This document shows, one piece after another, positions 1 through 13,437 of a DNA stretch of 64,000 nucleotides; within the stretch, counting starts at the first letter, position 1; each line of letters begins with the position of its first letter. A program made the translations under genes and the position numbers. The notes under the pieces were generated by a model. It saw only the letters and a program-made list of their open reading frames with translations, was not told the origin of the DNA and searched no databases. The stretch is from Eledone cirrhosa. Taxonomy: Eukaryota. Location of the stretch: assembly GCA_964016885.1 (NCBI GenBank), contig OZ024752.1, forward strand, positions 5,270,001 to 5,334,000, written 5' to 3'.

Positions 1-897
1 TTAGGTCTTTCCATTCCATGACGACATGAAGGCTTGGGTTAATGTCGGAGGTAACATGTCGGAGCCTATCTCTGTAAAAGATGGAGTGAAACAGGGGGAT
101 ATTCTAGTACCGACCCTGTTTGCCATATACTTTGCAATGGTTTTTCTATATTGCATTCAGGAATTGCGAGCATGGTGTTTACATCTGATATCGAACCTCA
201 GGCAGCATATTTAGCATCAGGTACTTTGCTGCAAAAACAAAAGTATTTACATCAATCATAAGAGACCTCTTGTATGTAGATGATTGTGATCTTATAGTGC
301 TCACAGAGAGTGATATGCAGCACATTTTGAATGCATTTTCTGATGTTTGCACTGCCCTAGGATTGACTGTCAGTCTCAAGAAAACAGTTGTCATGTACCA
401 ACCTGCCCCTGATAAGCAGTACAGTGAACCAAATATCTATGTGTATGGTAAACGACTTGGAGTGGTTGATCAGTTTGTCTACCTGGGAAGCACTGTCAAT
501 CGATACAACAACCTTGATAATGAAATCCCACTCAGGATTAGGAAAGCAAGTTATGCTTTGGGAAAGCTAGAAAGGCGACTCTGGGGTCGGCGAGACATAT
601 GCAAGGAGACAAAGGTAAAGGTGTACAAGGCATGTGTGCTCTCTTCTCTTCTTTATGCCTGTGAGACCTGAGTCACATATCGACACTACCTTAACAAATG
701 GAGCGTTTCCATCAGATGTGTGTCAGACAGATCCATGGCGTTCACTGGAGGGACCACATCAGTGATGACGAGATTTTGGAAAGCTCTCTGTGTGACAGTA
801 TAGAAGCACTTGTGCTTAAGCAACGTCTCCGTTGGAGTGGTAACCTTGCCAGGATGAAGGATTCTAGAATACCAAAACAACTCTTTTATGGAGAGTG
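1..897 (+). mobile_element. Degenerate RTE (BovB/RTE-1-like) LINE reverse transcriptase fragment
   Basis: Broken ORFs 26-214, 270-671 and 698-~897 give GVKQGDILVPTLF, YVDD, FVYLGS, LLYACET and RWSGNLARMKDSRIPKQLFYGE. Stops and frameshifts are present. A possible 3' terminal stem-loop lies at ~1463-1510. Confidence 0.9.
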
Positions 898-932
898 TGT
901 AGATATGTTTACGTGTGTGCGCGTGTGTGTGT

Positions 933-1392
933 ATCATCATCATCATCATCATCAACGTTTAACGTCCGTGTTCCACGCTTGCATGGGTTTGGACGGGGGT
1001 AGTCCCACTTGAGGCTAGAGTGATTGTCTTGCTCGCATAGGACTGTCTGGCAGGTTTTCTACAGCTGGATGCCCTTCCTAACACCAACCACATTTACAGT
1101 GTGGGTCTGGGAGGTTTTTACCGTGTTGCCTACACGGCCACATTACAGCGTGGACTGTGTGTTTTTTTGTCGTGACACCTACACGATCTCATTTGTTTCG
1201 GCCTGGATGGTGTGGCACCAACATAACTTTACATAGAACGAGGTGGTGTGGATGGGGTGGAGGTGGTGGGACGGGGGGGGGGGGGTATTTTGTTCGAGAT
1301 GCCTACTGGCTGTAGTAGGTTTTACTATGTATTTAGGTAAGGCGGGTCTTCTCTGTTACTGAGTACCGCCAAAGGTCTCGGTCCAGTGACAT
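933..1392 (-). mobile_element. RTE LINE 3' end (family C, same as 58347-59706)
   Basis: Reverse complement of the ORF end TMSLDRDLWRYSVTEKTRLT*, the 3' UTR and the (TGA)n tail seen at 59260-59706. Confidence 0.9.
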
Positions 1393-1507
1393 TGTTGTTT
1401 TTGTTGTCGTTATTATTATTGTTGTTATTATTATTATGGGGGGTTGGGGTTGGGGGGGGGGGGAGTTTCTCGTGCAATGGCTATACTCGATAACGAGGGG
1501 GCAGCCA

Positions 1508-1757
1508 TCATATATATATATATATATATATATGTGTGTATATGTGTGTATATATATATATAGGCATATATATATGTATATGTGTATGTATGTATGTTCG
1601 TAAGTATGTATGTATGGATATGCATGTATGTGTGTGTATGTATGTATTTGTATGTGTATATGTATGTATGTGTACGTATGTGTGTGTGTATGTATGTATA
1701 TATATATATACATATATGTATGTGTGTGTAGATATGTATATATATATGTATATGTAT
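1508..1757. repeat. (TA)n/(TG)n compound microsatellite
   Basis: Read directly from the sequence. Confidence 0.95.
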
Positions 1758-1852
1758 GACCTAAATAGAAGCCGACACTCAAGTCTGAGGAATGGGCAAA
1801 AATGCAAACCCTGTTTATAAACTGAGACTGTTAATCAGCTCATTATGTTTAG

Positions 1853-2040
1853 ATGGATTGGCAGTATCGGTAAAGGGTCAGATGCCATGCTTTGCAGCAA
1901 AGAGTTACTTCCCTTTACGGACTGAGTTCAAATCCCGCCGTGGTTAACTTTGCCTTTCATCCTTACGGGGTCGATAAAATAAAGTACCAGTAATACACTG
2001 GGATAATTGCTGGCCTTGTGCCTAAAGTAGAAACAATTAT
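1853..2040 (+). mobile_element. tRNA-derived SINE, family A (short subfamily)
   Basis: A-box-like TGGCAGTATCGG, B-box GAGTTCAAATCC and body GCCTTTCATCCTTACGGGGTCGATAAAATAAAGTACCAG. More than 10 copies in the window. Confidence 0.9.
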
Positions 2041-2102
2041 GTTTAGATAACATGGTTTTGAAATTCTCGTGAGTATAAAATGTATTTATGAAGTTTTAAT
2101 AT

Positions 2103-2314
2103 TTTAATGTATTTAAACTGGCCGTACCCAGCGAGAATTCTCTCACCTCTTTTTTGTTCAAACCAATCGTAACCAGTCGTATATACCAATATTAAGGTAT
2201 TGTTCTCGCAATAAGTAATATCAAAATCTCATCAATTTGATATTATGTGAGATAAAGCCTTCTCTGTAAAAATACAATAGTAAATATAGAATAATGTGAA
2301 TGCTAAAGGGTTAA
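2103..2314 (+). mobile_element. piggyBac-type MITE (~220 bp family)
   Basis: Ends ATGCTAAAGGG-TTAA; homologous to 24736-24956. Confidence 0.75.
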
Positions 2315-5056
2315 TATGTTTTAAGTGCTATTTAGAATATAGCTTTTGTTTCACAACTCGATTACATAATGATTTTCCCTTATGTTAAGTTTCAACAAGT
2401 TTCTCGAATTTTTGTTTACTTTTGGTCACTCACATGTTGGCAGTATTTTGAAAGCAAATGATAGAATAAGAGAACTTTGTATAGGGATTCATAGAGTAGA
2501 GAGGGAGGGAGAGACGGCAAGTGAGAGTGAGAAGGAAGCAAGAGCATTAAAAATAAAATCAGAAGTAAGATTGAAAGAAAAATTATTGTCAGAGACAAAC
2601 GTGTTTGTGTGGATGCATGTGAGTGTATGTGTATGGGATATTTATGTATTAAAAAGTTCAAATTATAAAACATTTGTTGGAAATATTTTCACGGGCATAA
2701 CACCAGTTAGTGTGTAGTAAACACCAGTTAGTGTGTAGTAAATGTAGAAAAACAGTGTTTCATGCTAAAATAATCACTCTAGATATTTTAGCACTTTATT
2801 TACATAGGATTTGAAGTTGGTAAAACTCATCAAAATATTGGGCCCTAATATAGGCCAAGCCCCCACCAGTTTACCATTCATTTTCTGGTCATATATTTCT
2901 CGGCTTATATTTGCATATATAGGGTAATTATTTAATTTCTTTAAAATTTTAAAATCAATTATAATAGATTTTTTTAATCTACATGATTTGTAAATATTCC
3001 AAAATGTTTCAATTGCACAATGACTTTACAATGAACCAGTGTAGTATATGATTCTCAATAATCATTCTTTCTAACATTGGCACTAGGACAGCAATTTGGG
3101 GGAAAGAGTACGTTAGTTTATCGACCCTGTAAGGATAAAATCAAAGATGACCTTGGTGGAATTTGAACTGAGAACATAAAGGAGCATAACTAAATATCAC
3201 AAAGCATTTTGTCCGATGATCTAATGATTCTGCCAATCTGCAAATCCTTTTAATAGTAATGATACTGGTAACCCTATAGGAAAATTTGTGAATAAGTGGT
3301 TGACCTATTAGAAAAAGCAACAAAATTTGCTGAAATCACTATACCATCTACAAAACAGGAAGCTACCATCTCTAAAACAGGAAGCACCCTTTAGATTATG
3401 TAGTCAGATGTGTGAAAAGATGAGATTGGTCAATACTAGAATGATTTTTGGACATAGGTCTGCCCAGTCAAGGTTGACCCGGTGCTAAACAACAAAAACA
3501 ATGGAACTTGTGACTTGAATGTGCTTCACAAATGTTGACCCTACACAATTCTAGTTCTATGTCAGTACAAGAAAACAATGTTTCTAATATATGATAAAAT
3601 GTTAGGAATAGTTAGCCTGATTTAAACACTTAAGATTGTTTACTTACACACTCACCAGATAGTCTGTTGTATCCAACATATATATGAAGTATACTTAAAT
3701 CTTAAACATTTCTGTATATCCAGTTTATTAGTCATAATCTATTACAGCAAACATTCACATTCTTAGCATTCCTTCACACCCTCTCATATCAAACTAAGAG
3801 GCACACAGACACTCTAAACACTTCATCATATCTAATCTATGTGCTACACTCTCATACTCTGAAAGAAAATTCATTGTATCAAAGCTAAGAGACATCCTTC
3901 ATGTGGAAATCATTCTTTGTGCCTAACATATGGACTATACTCCTATTCAAAACAATTCAACAGCACCCAATATCTTAACCTTTTCATGACAATATTTCTA
4001 ATGAAATACAGTTTATGTGTATCAATTAATTTTCAAAATAATAAAAATGTTTCTTTTTCATTTATTAATATATCAAACTGTTATTTGGATCATAATCCTA
4101 ATTTAAATAAATTTAAATTTAAATATGGGCACTTTAAAATGGAAGATTTTTATCATGAATGAAACTATAGGCAATCTATGGTGGATTGGCATCAAAAGGG
4201 TTAAAGTTTTCATTATGTATTTCTTTAAAACATGCACTTACATGCCAAACCTTTCCCCACATCCTTTCTGGTAACAATGGTTTCACCACTATACAATTTA
4301 TATGATTTATAACTGGAATCTTAAAAGGCAAAATCAGTTGAATGGAATAACAAAACATAATGAAAATTATATATGAAAAAAAAAAAAAATTAATTAACTG
4401 AAAGATTTAAATATTAACTACTAAAAGATAGAATCAAAGCAATTTTCATTGTTTCTTCAATCAAACTTCACAATTTCTCAATTTCTTTTCAAATCCTACA
4501 TTTTCTCATATTTTGCACTACTTCCCTATCCCACGTGAATTTTCTTTGTTCATGTTTAATGGCTTGTTAGCTTGTGCTGTAACAATTTTTTCAACCCTCC
4601 ATTTTTGTTTGATTGTTTTTTGTTATGGTTTATTCTTCCTTTTTTTTTTTTTTGCATGCTACATGTTATGAAAATGTTGAAATAAATCAGCAAACTTTTT
4701 GATCCTAACTATTTTTTTTAATGTGAATATCAAAATTGAATTCAATTAGTTTGTGTTTCAATTAGTATTTTGCATGCAAAAACACACATACATATGACCA
4801 ACAGAATTGAGCAACCATTAAAAAATGTTTAGTTATTAATCATATTTTTTTTTATATAAAGCAAACTTTTTATACTCTATGAGGTGCACAATGATCAAAG
4901 TATATATTTTTCATCTAAAAACAAAACTTCAAAACAAAACAAAATAGCAAATAAAAACAAGATAAAGCTTTCTATTACCAGTAGCAGACATTATAGTGTT
5001 TTGTTTCTAGGACAAAATATTCAATTCTGCTTACCTAAAGCTATATCATACACTAT

Positions 5057-5352
5057 CAACCCTTTAGCATTTAAACCGGCTGTATCAGGCCAGAATTCTC
5101 TCACGTCTTTTGATTCAAGCCGGTCATAACCAGCTGTTCATACTTATGTTAAGGTATTCGTCTCAAAATAAATATGAAAATCTCGTAGATTCGATATTAT
5201 GTGAAATAAAGTGTTTACTCTGAAAATACAATAGTATATATAGAGTAATGTAAATGCTTCTTCTTCTGTGCCCACTTATTCCTGAGAGGAGTGTGGGGGC
5301 AGAGTCCTCAAACACTCCTTCCAGCGGGTCCTGTCAGAAGCTAAAGAGTTAA
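5057..5352 (+). mobile_element. piggyBac-type MITE with a short retroposon 3' end (5256-5340) inserted in its right TIR
   Basis: Starts CCCTTTAGCATTTAAACCGG. The right TIR is split by a (CTT)n-tailed 85-bp insert also seen at ~11045-11110. Confidence 0.75.
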
Positions 5353-6727
5353 ATAATTATTATATTCTAGGTAGAACAGTTGTAAACTTTAAACAAGACA
5401 AGGAAATTATGTACTGGTGTTTGCCAATGGTATTTCACAATTCCTTTAAGTACTCTTGAAAAAGGCAGTAATGTCATCTCAAATTTATAAGAAATACAGT
5501 GATATCGTTTACTATAAATTCATATGTAGCAGCAGTAACCACAAGTTTTGTAGGGTATTTTCCCAGTTAAAGCAAGGGTTGACCTTGGAGATCCCATTAA
5601 AAGCTTCATACTTATCCTATGGTAGTTTTTGAAGCAATGTTTTACTGTTGTATGCCCTGGTGCCAACTCTCTCAGTCACCTCTTATGACATGTAGTCTAT
5701 TTGAAACCAGATGCATACAATCCTTAACATACATTCATATGATGAATAAAACATTCATTTAGTCTGAATTCCCTTTCTAGCAGCAACTCTTTTAATTGCC
5801 TCTTATGTCACACAGGGACATGGTGTACCTATTTCTAAACTAGAAATATATAAAGTTGTACTCAACAAGTATTTATTTCTTATTTTATTGACCCAGGAAG
5901 GATGAAAAAGTAAACTTGACCTTATCATGATTTGAACTCATAATGTAAAGAACGATGGCAATGCTTTTTTTCCCCGTGTTTTTCTGATTCTGCCAATCAT
6001 TCGTTGATATTGATACTAAATATTGATTGATTGATTTCTGTCCTTTGGCTGAAGTAATAATTATTTTTTATCATAAATATTTTTTCACATCAGTCATTAA
6101 TCACATAAGTACCTGTATCCAAGGTATGCACTCACAAGAGGTACCAACCTTTAGCTTACAATTAAAGTGAATCATTTATTCGGCTATATGTTCTGTTTTA
6201 TTTCTCAATGCAGTCTCAACACTTCACATAAATTATATATTAATGCTAAGAGTTAAATGCAAGCCAACAACAGAATTATTTTTAGCAGCCAAATCACACT
6301 CAAATCATACCCTGCGATTTAAAAAAAAAAAGAAACGAAAAAAGCACATTTGCAATATAGTCTGGGATAGTTTTACAAACAAGATGAGATGATCGCTCTT
6401 AAGACATTTTAAATCCTAAGTCTTATTGATTTAGGTTGACCTGGGACTAAATAAAAACAAAGAGAGCTGAACATCATATCACAACTACATTACCATCACT
6501 ATCCCCATCATCCCCACCATCTCCTACATTGCTGTATGCTGCCCAAATCTCAGCAAAATATTCTTCATTAAACTGCACTAACATTCTGTAAAACTCTATA
6601 CAGTATAGTTACCAACAGCTTACTATGTGAAAGCATATTTATATATTTACTACATTACTTATTTCTGGCTTAGTTTTTGGGGGGTGTTGGGTCAAAAATA
6701 GTAAGGTTGTGAATTTGATTTCCAGAA

Positions 6728-7420
6728 ACCGGCCATATCCAGCTACAATTCTCACTTCAAAGCAGTCATAACCGGCCATATCCAGCTACAATTCTCACTT
6801 CAAAGCAGTCATAACCGGCCATATCCAGCTACAATTCTCACTTCAAAGCAGTCATAACCGGCCATATCCAGCTACAATTCTCACTTCAAAGCAGTCATAA
6901 CCGGCCATATCCAGCTACAATTCTCACTTCAAAGCAGTCATAACCGGCCATATCCAGCTACAATTCTCACTTCAAAGCAGTCATAACCGGCCATATCCAG
7001 CTACAATTCTCACTTCAAAGCAGTCATAACCGGCCATATCCAGCTACAATTCTCACTTCAAAGCAGTCATAACCGGCCATATCCAGCTACAATTCTCACT
7101 TCAAAGCAGTCATAACCGGCCATATCCAGCTACAATTCTCACTTCAAAGCAGTCATAACCGGCCATATCCAGCTACAATTCTCACTTCAAAGCAGTCATA
7201 ACCGGCCATATCCAGCTACAATTCTCACTTCAAAGCAGTCATAACCGGCCATATCCAGCTACAATTCTCACTTCAAAGCAGTCATAACCGGCCATATCCA
7301 GCTACAATTCTCACTTCAAAGCAGTCATAACCGGCCATATCCAGCTACAATTCTCACTTCAAAGCAGTCATAACCGGCCATATCCAGCTACAATTCTCAC
7401 TTCAAAGCAGTCATAACCGG
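6728..7420. repeat. 43-bp minisatellite, 16 identical units, inside a piggyBac-type MITE (MITE continues to ~7553)
   Basis: Unit ACCGGCCATATCCAGCTACAATTCTCACTTCAAAGCAGTCATA; CCGG recurs from 6729 to 7417 (16 x 43). Confidence 0.97.
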
Positions 7421-7739
7421 CAGCTCATTCAACATTAAGGCACTCTCAAAATAAATAATATTAAAATTTCATAGATTCGATATTATGTGAGATGAAGCCT
7501 TTACAGTGAAAATACAATAGTAAATATAGAGTAATGTAAATATTAAAGGGTTGAATAGCACACTTTATTTCATGTTATTTCAGTCCAATCAGCTGAAAAA
7601 AGTGTGTACCAGCAGCAGCTGGGATTAACCCTATGACAAGCTGCCATCCCATCCACAAGAGAGAGTCTTTTGCTCTCAGTCACAATGAAAACAGGAGAAG
7701 CTTTGTCTAGATAAGCTTTTCTGTTATGGGCAGACTTTG

Positions 7740-8001
7740 TGTAAATGGTGGAGCATTCCACAGACACATGTATTCTTATTGTAGCTCTCAGGAAGATTCA
7801 GAATGACACAATGTGTGACAAGGCTGACCCTTGATTTACGGATACCATCCATTTTTTATCTTTTTTGTCAGCTGAGTGGAGTGGAGCAACGAGAAACAAA
7901 GAATCTTCTTGGTCAGGGATATAATGTACTGTCCAGTCCAGGAATTGAACTCACAACCTTACAATCATGAGCCCAACACCCTAACCATTAAGCCACATAC
8001 C
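7740..8001 (-). mobile_element. Old tRNA-head/CORE-like SINE
   Basis: Reverse complement gives GGTATGTGGCTTAATGGTTAGGG...GAGTTCAATTCC, a pol III A/B-box head. Confidence 0.6.
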
Positions 8002-8281
8002 TTGACATTACTGACAGTAAAGTCGAACATAGAAACATATTCTTTTTTTAATGTTTTCTGAATTTTAAAGTGAATTTGTTGTTAAATCATTCATTTATTT
8101 CAGTTATTTGTTTTTGTGAATCCCTCTACTCTCTTAATAATAAAACTATTTTTTTAGAAAATAAATCTGTAATGTGACCCTATTCTAGTCGCAAACTTAG
8201 AAAATGTCATACCTTGTAAATCCTTTACATAATAAAAAGTATTAAAAACTAATTTCCTTGTCTTATATATTGTTTCTACAG

Positions 8282-8416
8282 GTAAGAAGCACCATCCACG
8301 TCGACATCACCGAGCAGCTCGTCCCACAAGTCCATATAGCACTGACAGTAACTTTAGTGCTGTGGTTCATAAACCTTACCCAAAGTCACAGCGCAAGAAG
8401 CAGCTCATGGAGCAAG
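8282..8416 (+). CDS. robo: Roundabout-type receptor, cytoplasmic-tail exon (phase 1-1)
   Basis: tttctacAG|...|GTcagt, 135 nt. Encodes GKKHHPRRHHRAARPTSPYSTDSNFSAVVHKPYPKSQRKKQLMEQ, matching the recalled vertebrate ROBO1 tail motif RPTSPVSTDSNMSAAVMQK. Confidence 0.85.
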
Positions 8417-9569
8417 GTCAGTATTCATTATATGCTTCATGACATAGAGTTACGGCCCTTTATGTTCTGAGGTCAAGTTCTGCCAAAGTTAGCTTTGCTT
8501 TTCATCGTTATGAGGTTGCTAAAATAAAGTACCAGTAATGCACTGGGGGCTGATGTAATCGCCTCCCCCCTTCCCTGTTTTGTTTTCGTCATGTCAGGGG
8601 TGTAGCCATACTCACCACGCTTGGCCAATTGCAGGTTGGTGAGGTTATTTAACCCTTAGTTGGGGTGGATGGCTGTTGTTATTTGTGCTGCTAGAGGTCC
8701 AGGGTCTGGTGAGGGAGCCAGTTTAGTCGAAAGCCATTCCACTACTTATCCATATCTGAATACAGCAGATTTCTTCCAGAGAAGAATTGAGAGAGAGTGT
8801 GAGAATTGAAATGAGAAAGAGATATAAAGGAAGAATCGATCCATTTACTAGACTGGTTCTTTTTTTATCAACCTTGTCTTATTAAATAGGGAGATTAAAA
8901 AAGTATTAGGGTTGGGTATAACTACAAAAAAATTTTAAGGTAGTGCTTGGCCACTGTCCAATGACTGAAACCAGAAAAAGAATAAAATAATAAATTTTTT
9001 AAATTTCATTATAAAATATTTTCATGAATAGGATATTTTCTTTAGTAAAACCACTTGTGTCAGGTAGCATGTGTTAAATATGTTCCATCAGTTCTTATCT
9101 TGAAAACATGACACAATTACTGTTTATCTTAAGAGAAGAGAGCTGTAATAAATGTATCCAGAGCCAAGATTCCGACAATGATTATACTGTAAAATTGATT
9201 AGTAATTATCAGAAAAGACCAGATTAAATTAATGATACAATAATATTCCTAATGTCATTTACATCTTATCAAACTAGGAAGTGGTAGAAGCTGCTTCTAA
9301 TTAGGAAGGGCTGTGTGATCCAAGACCTGATTCTAATTCTTCTCAATTAAAAGATAAATGGATTTGGTAGACTGGAATTAAATTTCATGGAAATAAAATT
9401 GGAATCTGGAGCAACTCAATCAAATATTTAGCATTTGATTGAATTGTAACTTTCTTCATTTTTTTTCTTTTGTCATTAACTATTGTATTTTTGTGGTAAA
9501 CACTTTATCTTACATAATTATCTCACATAATATCTTGGTCAAGGAATAATATATTGCTCAAGGAAACAA

Positions 9570-9862
9570 CAATTCTCAGACCGGGTGATGTGTTGTTTCC
9601 TTGAGCAAGACACTTTATTTCACATTGCTCCAGTTTACTCAGCTATAGAAATGAGATGATAGGGACTGGGGTCCCTATCATTCCACTGCAAAGTGGTCGT
9701 GGAGGTGCCACGGCAAAAAAGCACCCAGCACTCACTGTAAATGAGGTTGGTGTTAGGAAGGGCATCCAGCTGTAGAAATCAAGCCACAATCAGTTCCCGT
9801 CCCACCCTTGCAAGCAGGGAAAAGCGGACGTAAAGTGATGATGATGATGATGATGATGATGA
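9570..9862 (+). mobile_element. SINE family B (CORE-like body + RTE-derived tail), 5'-truncated
   Basis: Near-identical to 27340-27620; ends GCGGACGTAAAG(TGA)n. Confidence 0.9.
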
Positions 9863-10554
9863 ATATCAAATCTGTGAGATTTTGATATTATTCATTTTGA
9901 GAACAATACCTCAATGTCAGTATGAGCTGCAAGTTATGGCCGGTTTGAAAAGAAAGAGGTAAGAGAATTCTGGCTGGATATGGCCAGTTGTGCATCTGTT
10001 TGGTTGACAGTCATATTACAGATTTTGATGTGTCACACAATGAGATCAAACATAGAACTACATAACTGTGAAATGAACTTCTTAACTCTATTTTGACAGG
10101 AACTGATTGAGGAAATTTAGCTATTTTTAATCCCTTTGATTCCAAGCTACCTGAGACTCAAAAATGCAGGGAAATCTTTTAATGTATGTAACATCTGGTG
10201 TGGTAAATAAATATATACATATACATCAGTTCCGAACACAATGGAACCAAACTCCCACTCCATGCCTCCATCTCTCCCACTCTCCCCATCTCTTAAAGCA
10301 AATATGGGCCCACGTGCTGGTCACCCTGTGGCTCCTGTAGACAGATTAGAGAAGGGATTTTTCCAGAGGATGGCGAGGGAGACATGCTGGAAGAAGCATT
10401 CCATCTCACGAGGTTCACATGTGTGGGTAGCTAACTCTGTGCCGATGGTGGTGAGAAGCACCCGAAACTACCCTTAGTTCTACAACACAAAGCTGTTTGT
10501 TTTATCTTCAACCTTCCATCATAATTCTATGTTATGTTTCAAACACCAACTTAA

Positions 10555-10710
10555 TAATGGTTTCTGATCTAAGCACAAAGCCAACAATTTTAGGGGAGGG
10601 AAGTCAATTAAATTGACCCCAGTACATTACTGGTTCTTTATTTTATCAACCTTGTAAGGATGAAAGACAAAGCTAACCTCGGTGGGATTTGAACTCACAA
10701 TGCAAAGGGG
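10555..10710 (-). mobile_element. SINE family A copy
   Basis: Reverse complement of the family A body and B-box. Confidence 0.8.
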
Positions 10711-10750
10711 CAAAGTCCTCAATATTTCTATTATTATTTGTTGGGAGTCT

Positions 10751-10989
10751 CAGTCATTGATGTTATTTAACTGGAAAGTTTGATCAAATGAACATCAAGT
10801 CGCTACCTGCAGCCTCAGATATTCAGGATGTATCGGAGGGTTCTTGCTGTTCCCAGCAAGCATGCCTTTTGAAGTGTTCCAAAAAAAGGGGGCTGGACTA
10901 ATGTTCTTTAACCATCCTTAAAAACTCTTTGAGATAGTACCTAGTGCTCCTATGACAATCGGACGACCTTGATGTCATGACAGTCCCAA

Positions 10990-10990
<1 letters not shown>
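10751..10990 (-). mobile_element. R4/Dong-like (RLE endonuclease) LINE 3' fragment beside (TAT)n
   Basis: Minus strand reads PIVIGALGTISKSF...GTLQKACLLGTARTLRYILNI*. Near-identical to 31190-31470. Confidence 0.8.
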
Positions 10991-11048
<58 letters not shown>

Positions 11049-11210
11049 CTGCGAGGGTTGTAGGGGCAGAGTCCTCAAGCATGCCTTTCAGTGGGTCCTG
11101 TCAGAAGCAACCATCTCCAATTGTTCTGGCTGATTCCCCCAAACAAGACCAGCTAATCTCATTGATGTTATTTCTCTATATATTTATATATTTATTTACT
11201 TCTTTGGCAG

Positions 11211-11393
11211 GTAATAAGAAATTGTCCTCTAACCGACACCACCACCATCACCACCACCATCATCAGACCGGGCATCAACAGCCAAATCCCGAGCAGGAAC
11301 CTCTCTTAGCACAGGAATTATCAGCACCACCCCCTGGTATAGAAACTGATGTATCTAGGTATACCCCAACTCATAATCCATATGCAACAGGTG
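11211..11393 (+). CDS. robo: Roundabout-type receptor, cytoplasmic-tail exon (phase 1-1)
   Basis: tctttggcAG|...|GTaagt, 183 nt. Encodes [61 protein letters not shown]. Phase is compatible with both neighbouring exons. Confidence 0.8.
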
Positions 11394-11571
11394 GTAAGTT
11401 GTCGTGTTATTTGTAATGTTGAGATTATTAAATACATTTGAATTTTTTTTTTTTGTAATGTCATTGTTCCTGTTTTCATTTAGTATCAGCATACAGTGGT
11501 TACAGTGGGCAGAAAATAAATAAATAAACAAATAATGTATGAAGCCGAACTTTTTACTTTTGAAGGGCTGA

Positions 11572-13437
11572 GCGGGGAAGGCAACCAGTCCATCGGATAT
11601 AGCTGCCGAGATGCTGAAGGCTTCTGGGTCGGTATGTCACACTATAACCACACATATTGTTAACCAGGTAATACTAGGTGTCACACCAAAGGATTGGTGC
11701 AGCAGCATCATTGTCAACTACTACAAAGGTAAAGGAGATGCATTAGATAGAGGAAACTATAGAGGTATAAAGCTGATGGACCAGGTCATGAAAGTAACAG
11801 AAAGAGTTATAGCACAGTTGATTAGGGACCGGGTGAAACTAGATGAGATGCAATTTGGGTTTGTGCCAGGAAGAGGCACCACTGATGCCCTCTTCCTTGT
11901 GAGGCAGTTACAGGAAAAGTACCTAGCTAAAAGTAAGCCACTCTACCTGGCATTCATCGATCTCAAGAAAGCCTTTGACAGAGTTCCCCGTGCTGGTGGG
12001 GTCTTAGAAATCTAGGAGTAGTTGAATGGCTTGTGAAAGCTGTACAAGCCATGTATAGGGGAGCAGTCAGCAAAGTTAGGATTAGCAATGAGTATAGCGA
12101 GGAATTTAGCGTACAGGTTGGGGTCCACCAGGGCTCTGTTCTTAGCCCCCTCCTGTTCATCATAGTCCTGCAGGCAATAACAGAGGAGTTTAAGACCGGA
12201 TGCCCATGGGAACTCCTGTATGCTGATGACCTCACACTTATAACTGAATCTATGGTAGAACTAGAGAAGAAATGCCAAACTGGGAAGCAGGGACTAGAAA
12301 GATAGGGTCTCAAAGTCAACCTGACAAAGACTAAGGCCCTTGTAAGTAGACGAGAAAACAGAACCCAGATCCCCTCAGGGAAATGACCTTCCTCAGTATG
12401 TAGGAAAGGTGTAGGTAGGAACTCCATTCTCTGCCCCAAATGCAAACAATGGGTACACAAGAGATGTAGCGGGATCTCAGGAGGCTTAACTAGGAATGTA
12501 GGCTTCACATGCAGCAGCTGTGCTGGGACAGCAATCAGCAAACAGCCACAGGAAACAAGTACCACCAATCTCTGGGAGGGCTCTGTAGAAACAGTAGACA
12601 GCTTCTACTACCTAGGTGACCAAATTAGCAGCGAAGGTGGGTGTTCAGAAAGTACAGTAACTAGGGTAAGAACGGGATGGAAGAAGTTCAGGGAGCTACT
12701 GCCACTGCTAGCTGCAAAAGGCTTTTCCCTCAAAATGAAAGGCAGACTGTATGATGCGTGTATACGAACAGCAATGTTACATGGTAGTGAGACCTGGGCA
12801 CTGACTGTGGAAGACTTACGTAGATTAGAAAGAAACAAAGCCTGCATGCTCCGATGGATATGTAATAGTAATATATGCGAACGGAAAAGCATAAACGAAT
12901 TGAGGGAGAGATTGAGCATAAGAGGAATCAAATGCTGTGTGCAGGAGAGGCGATTGCGTTGGTATGGTCATGTGATGCGTATGAAGGATGACAGCTGCAT
13001 AAAAAGGCGCAGAGCACTAGAAGTCGATGGAAACTGCGGAGTGGGGAGACCCAAGAAGACCTGGGATGAGGTGATAAAAGCCGACCTTACCCAATTACAC
13101 CTCTCAAAGGCAATGACACATGACCGTGACTTCTGGCATCACGCAGTAATACAGAAGACCCGACCCCCCCACGAGTACAAGCTGAAGCATATAGACAATA
13201 CGCCCCCACACCCTCCCACTGCAAAGTGGTCGTGGAGGTGCCATGGCAAAAAACCACCCAGCACTCACTGTATGTTGGATGTGGAGGCGCCACGGAAAAA
13301 AAGCACCCAGCACTCACTGTAAATGAGGTTGGTGTTAGGAAGGGCATCCAGCTGTAGAAATCAAGCCAGAATCAGTTCCCGTCCCACCCTTGCAAGCAGG
13401 GAAAAGCGGACGTAAAAATGATGATGATGATGATGAT
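11572..13437 (+). mobile_element. RTE LINE (family A), 5'-truncated RT plus 3' UTR, frameshifted
   Basis: [65 protein letters not shown]; (TGA)n tail. Confidence 0.95.

Noticed and set aside
1463-1510. HDV-like ribozyme on the minus strand (7-bp GATGGCT/AGCCATT helix)
   Set aside because: The interior is a simple CTCG-ttat-CGAG hairpin without the nested pseudoknot; better explained as an RTE 3'-terminal stem-loop.
12220-12232. CTGATGA matches within LINEs (also ~21736 and ~56977)
   Set aside because: These are YADD/CADD codons of reverse transcriptase, not ribozyme cores.
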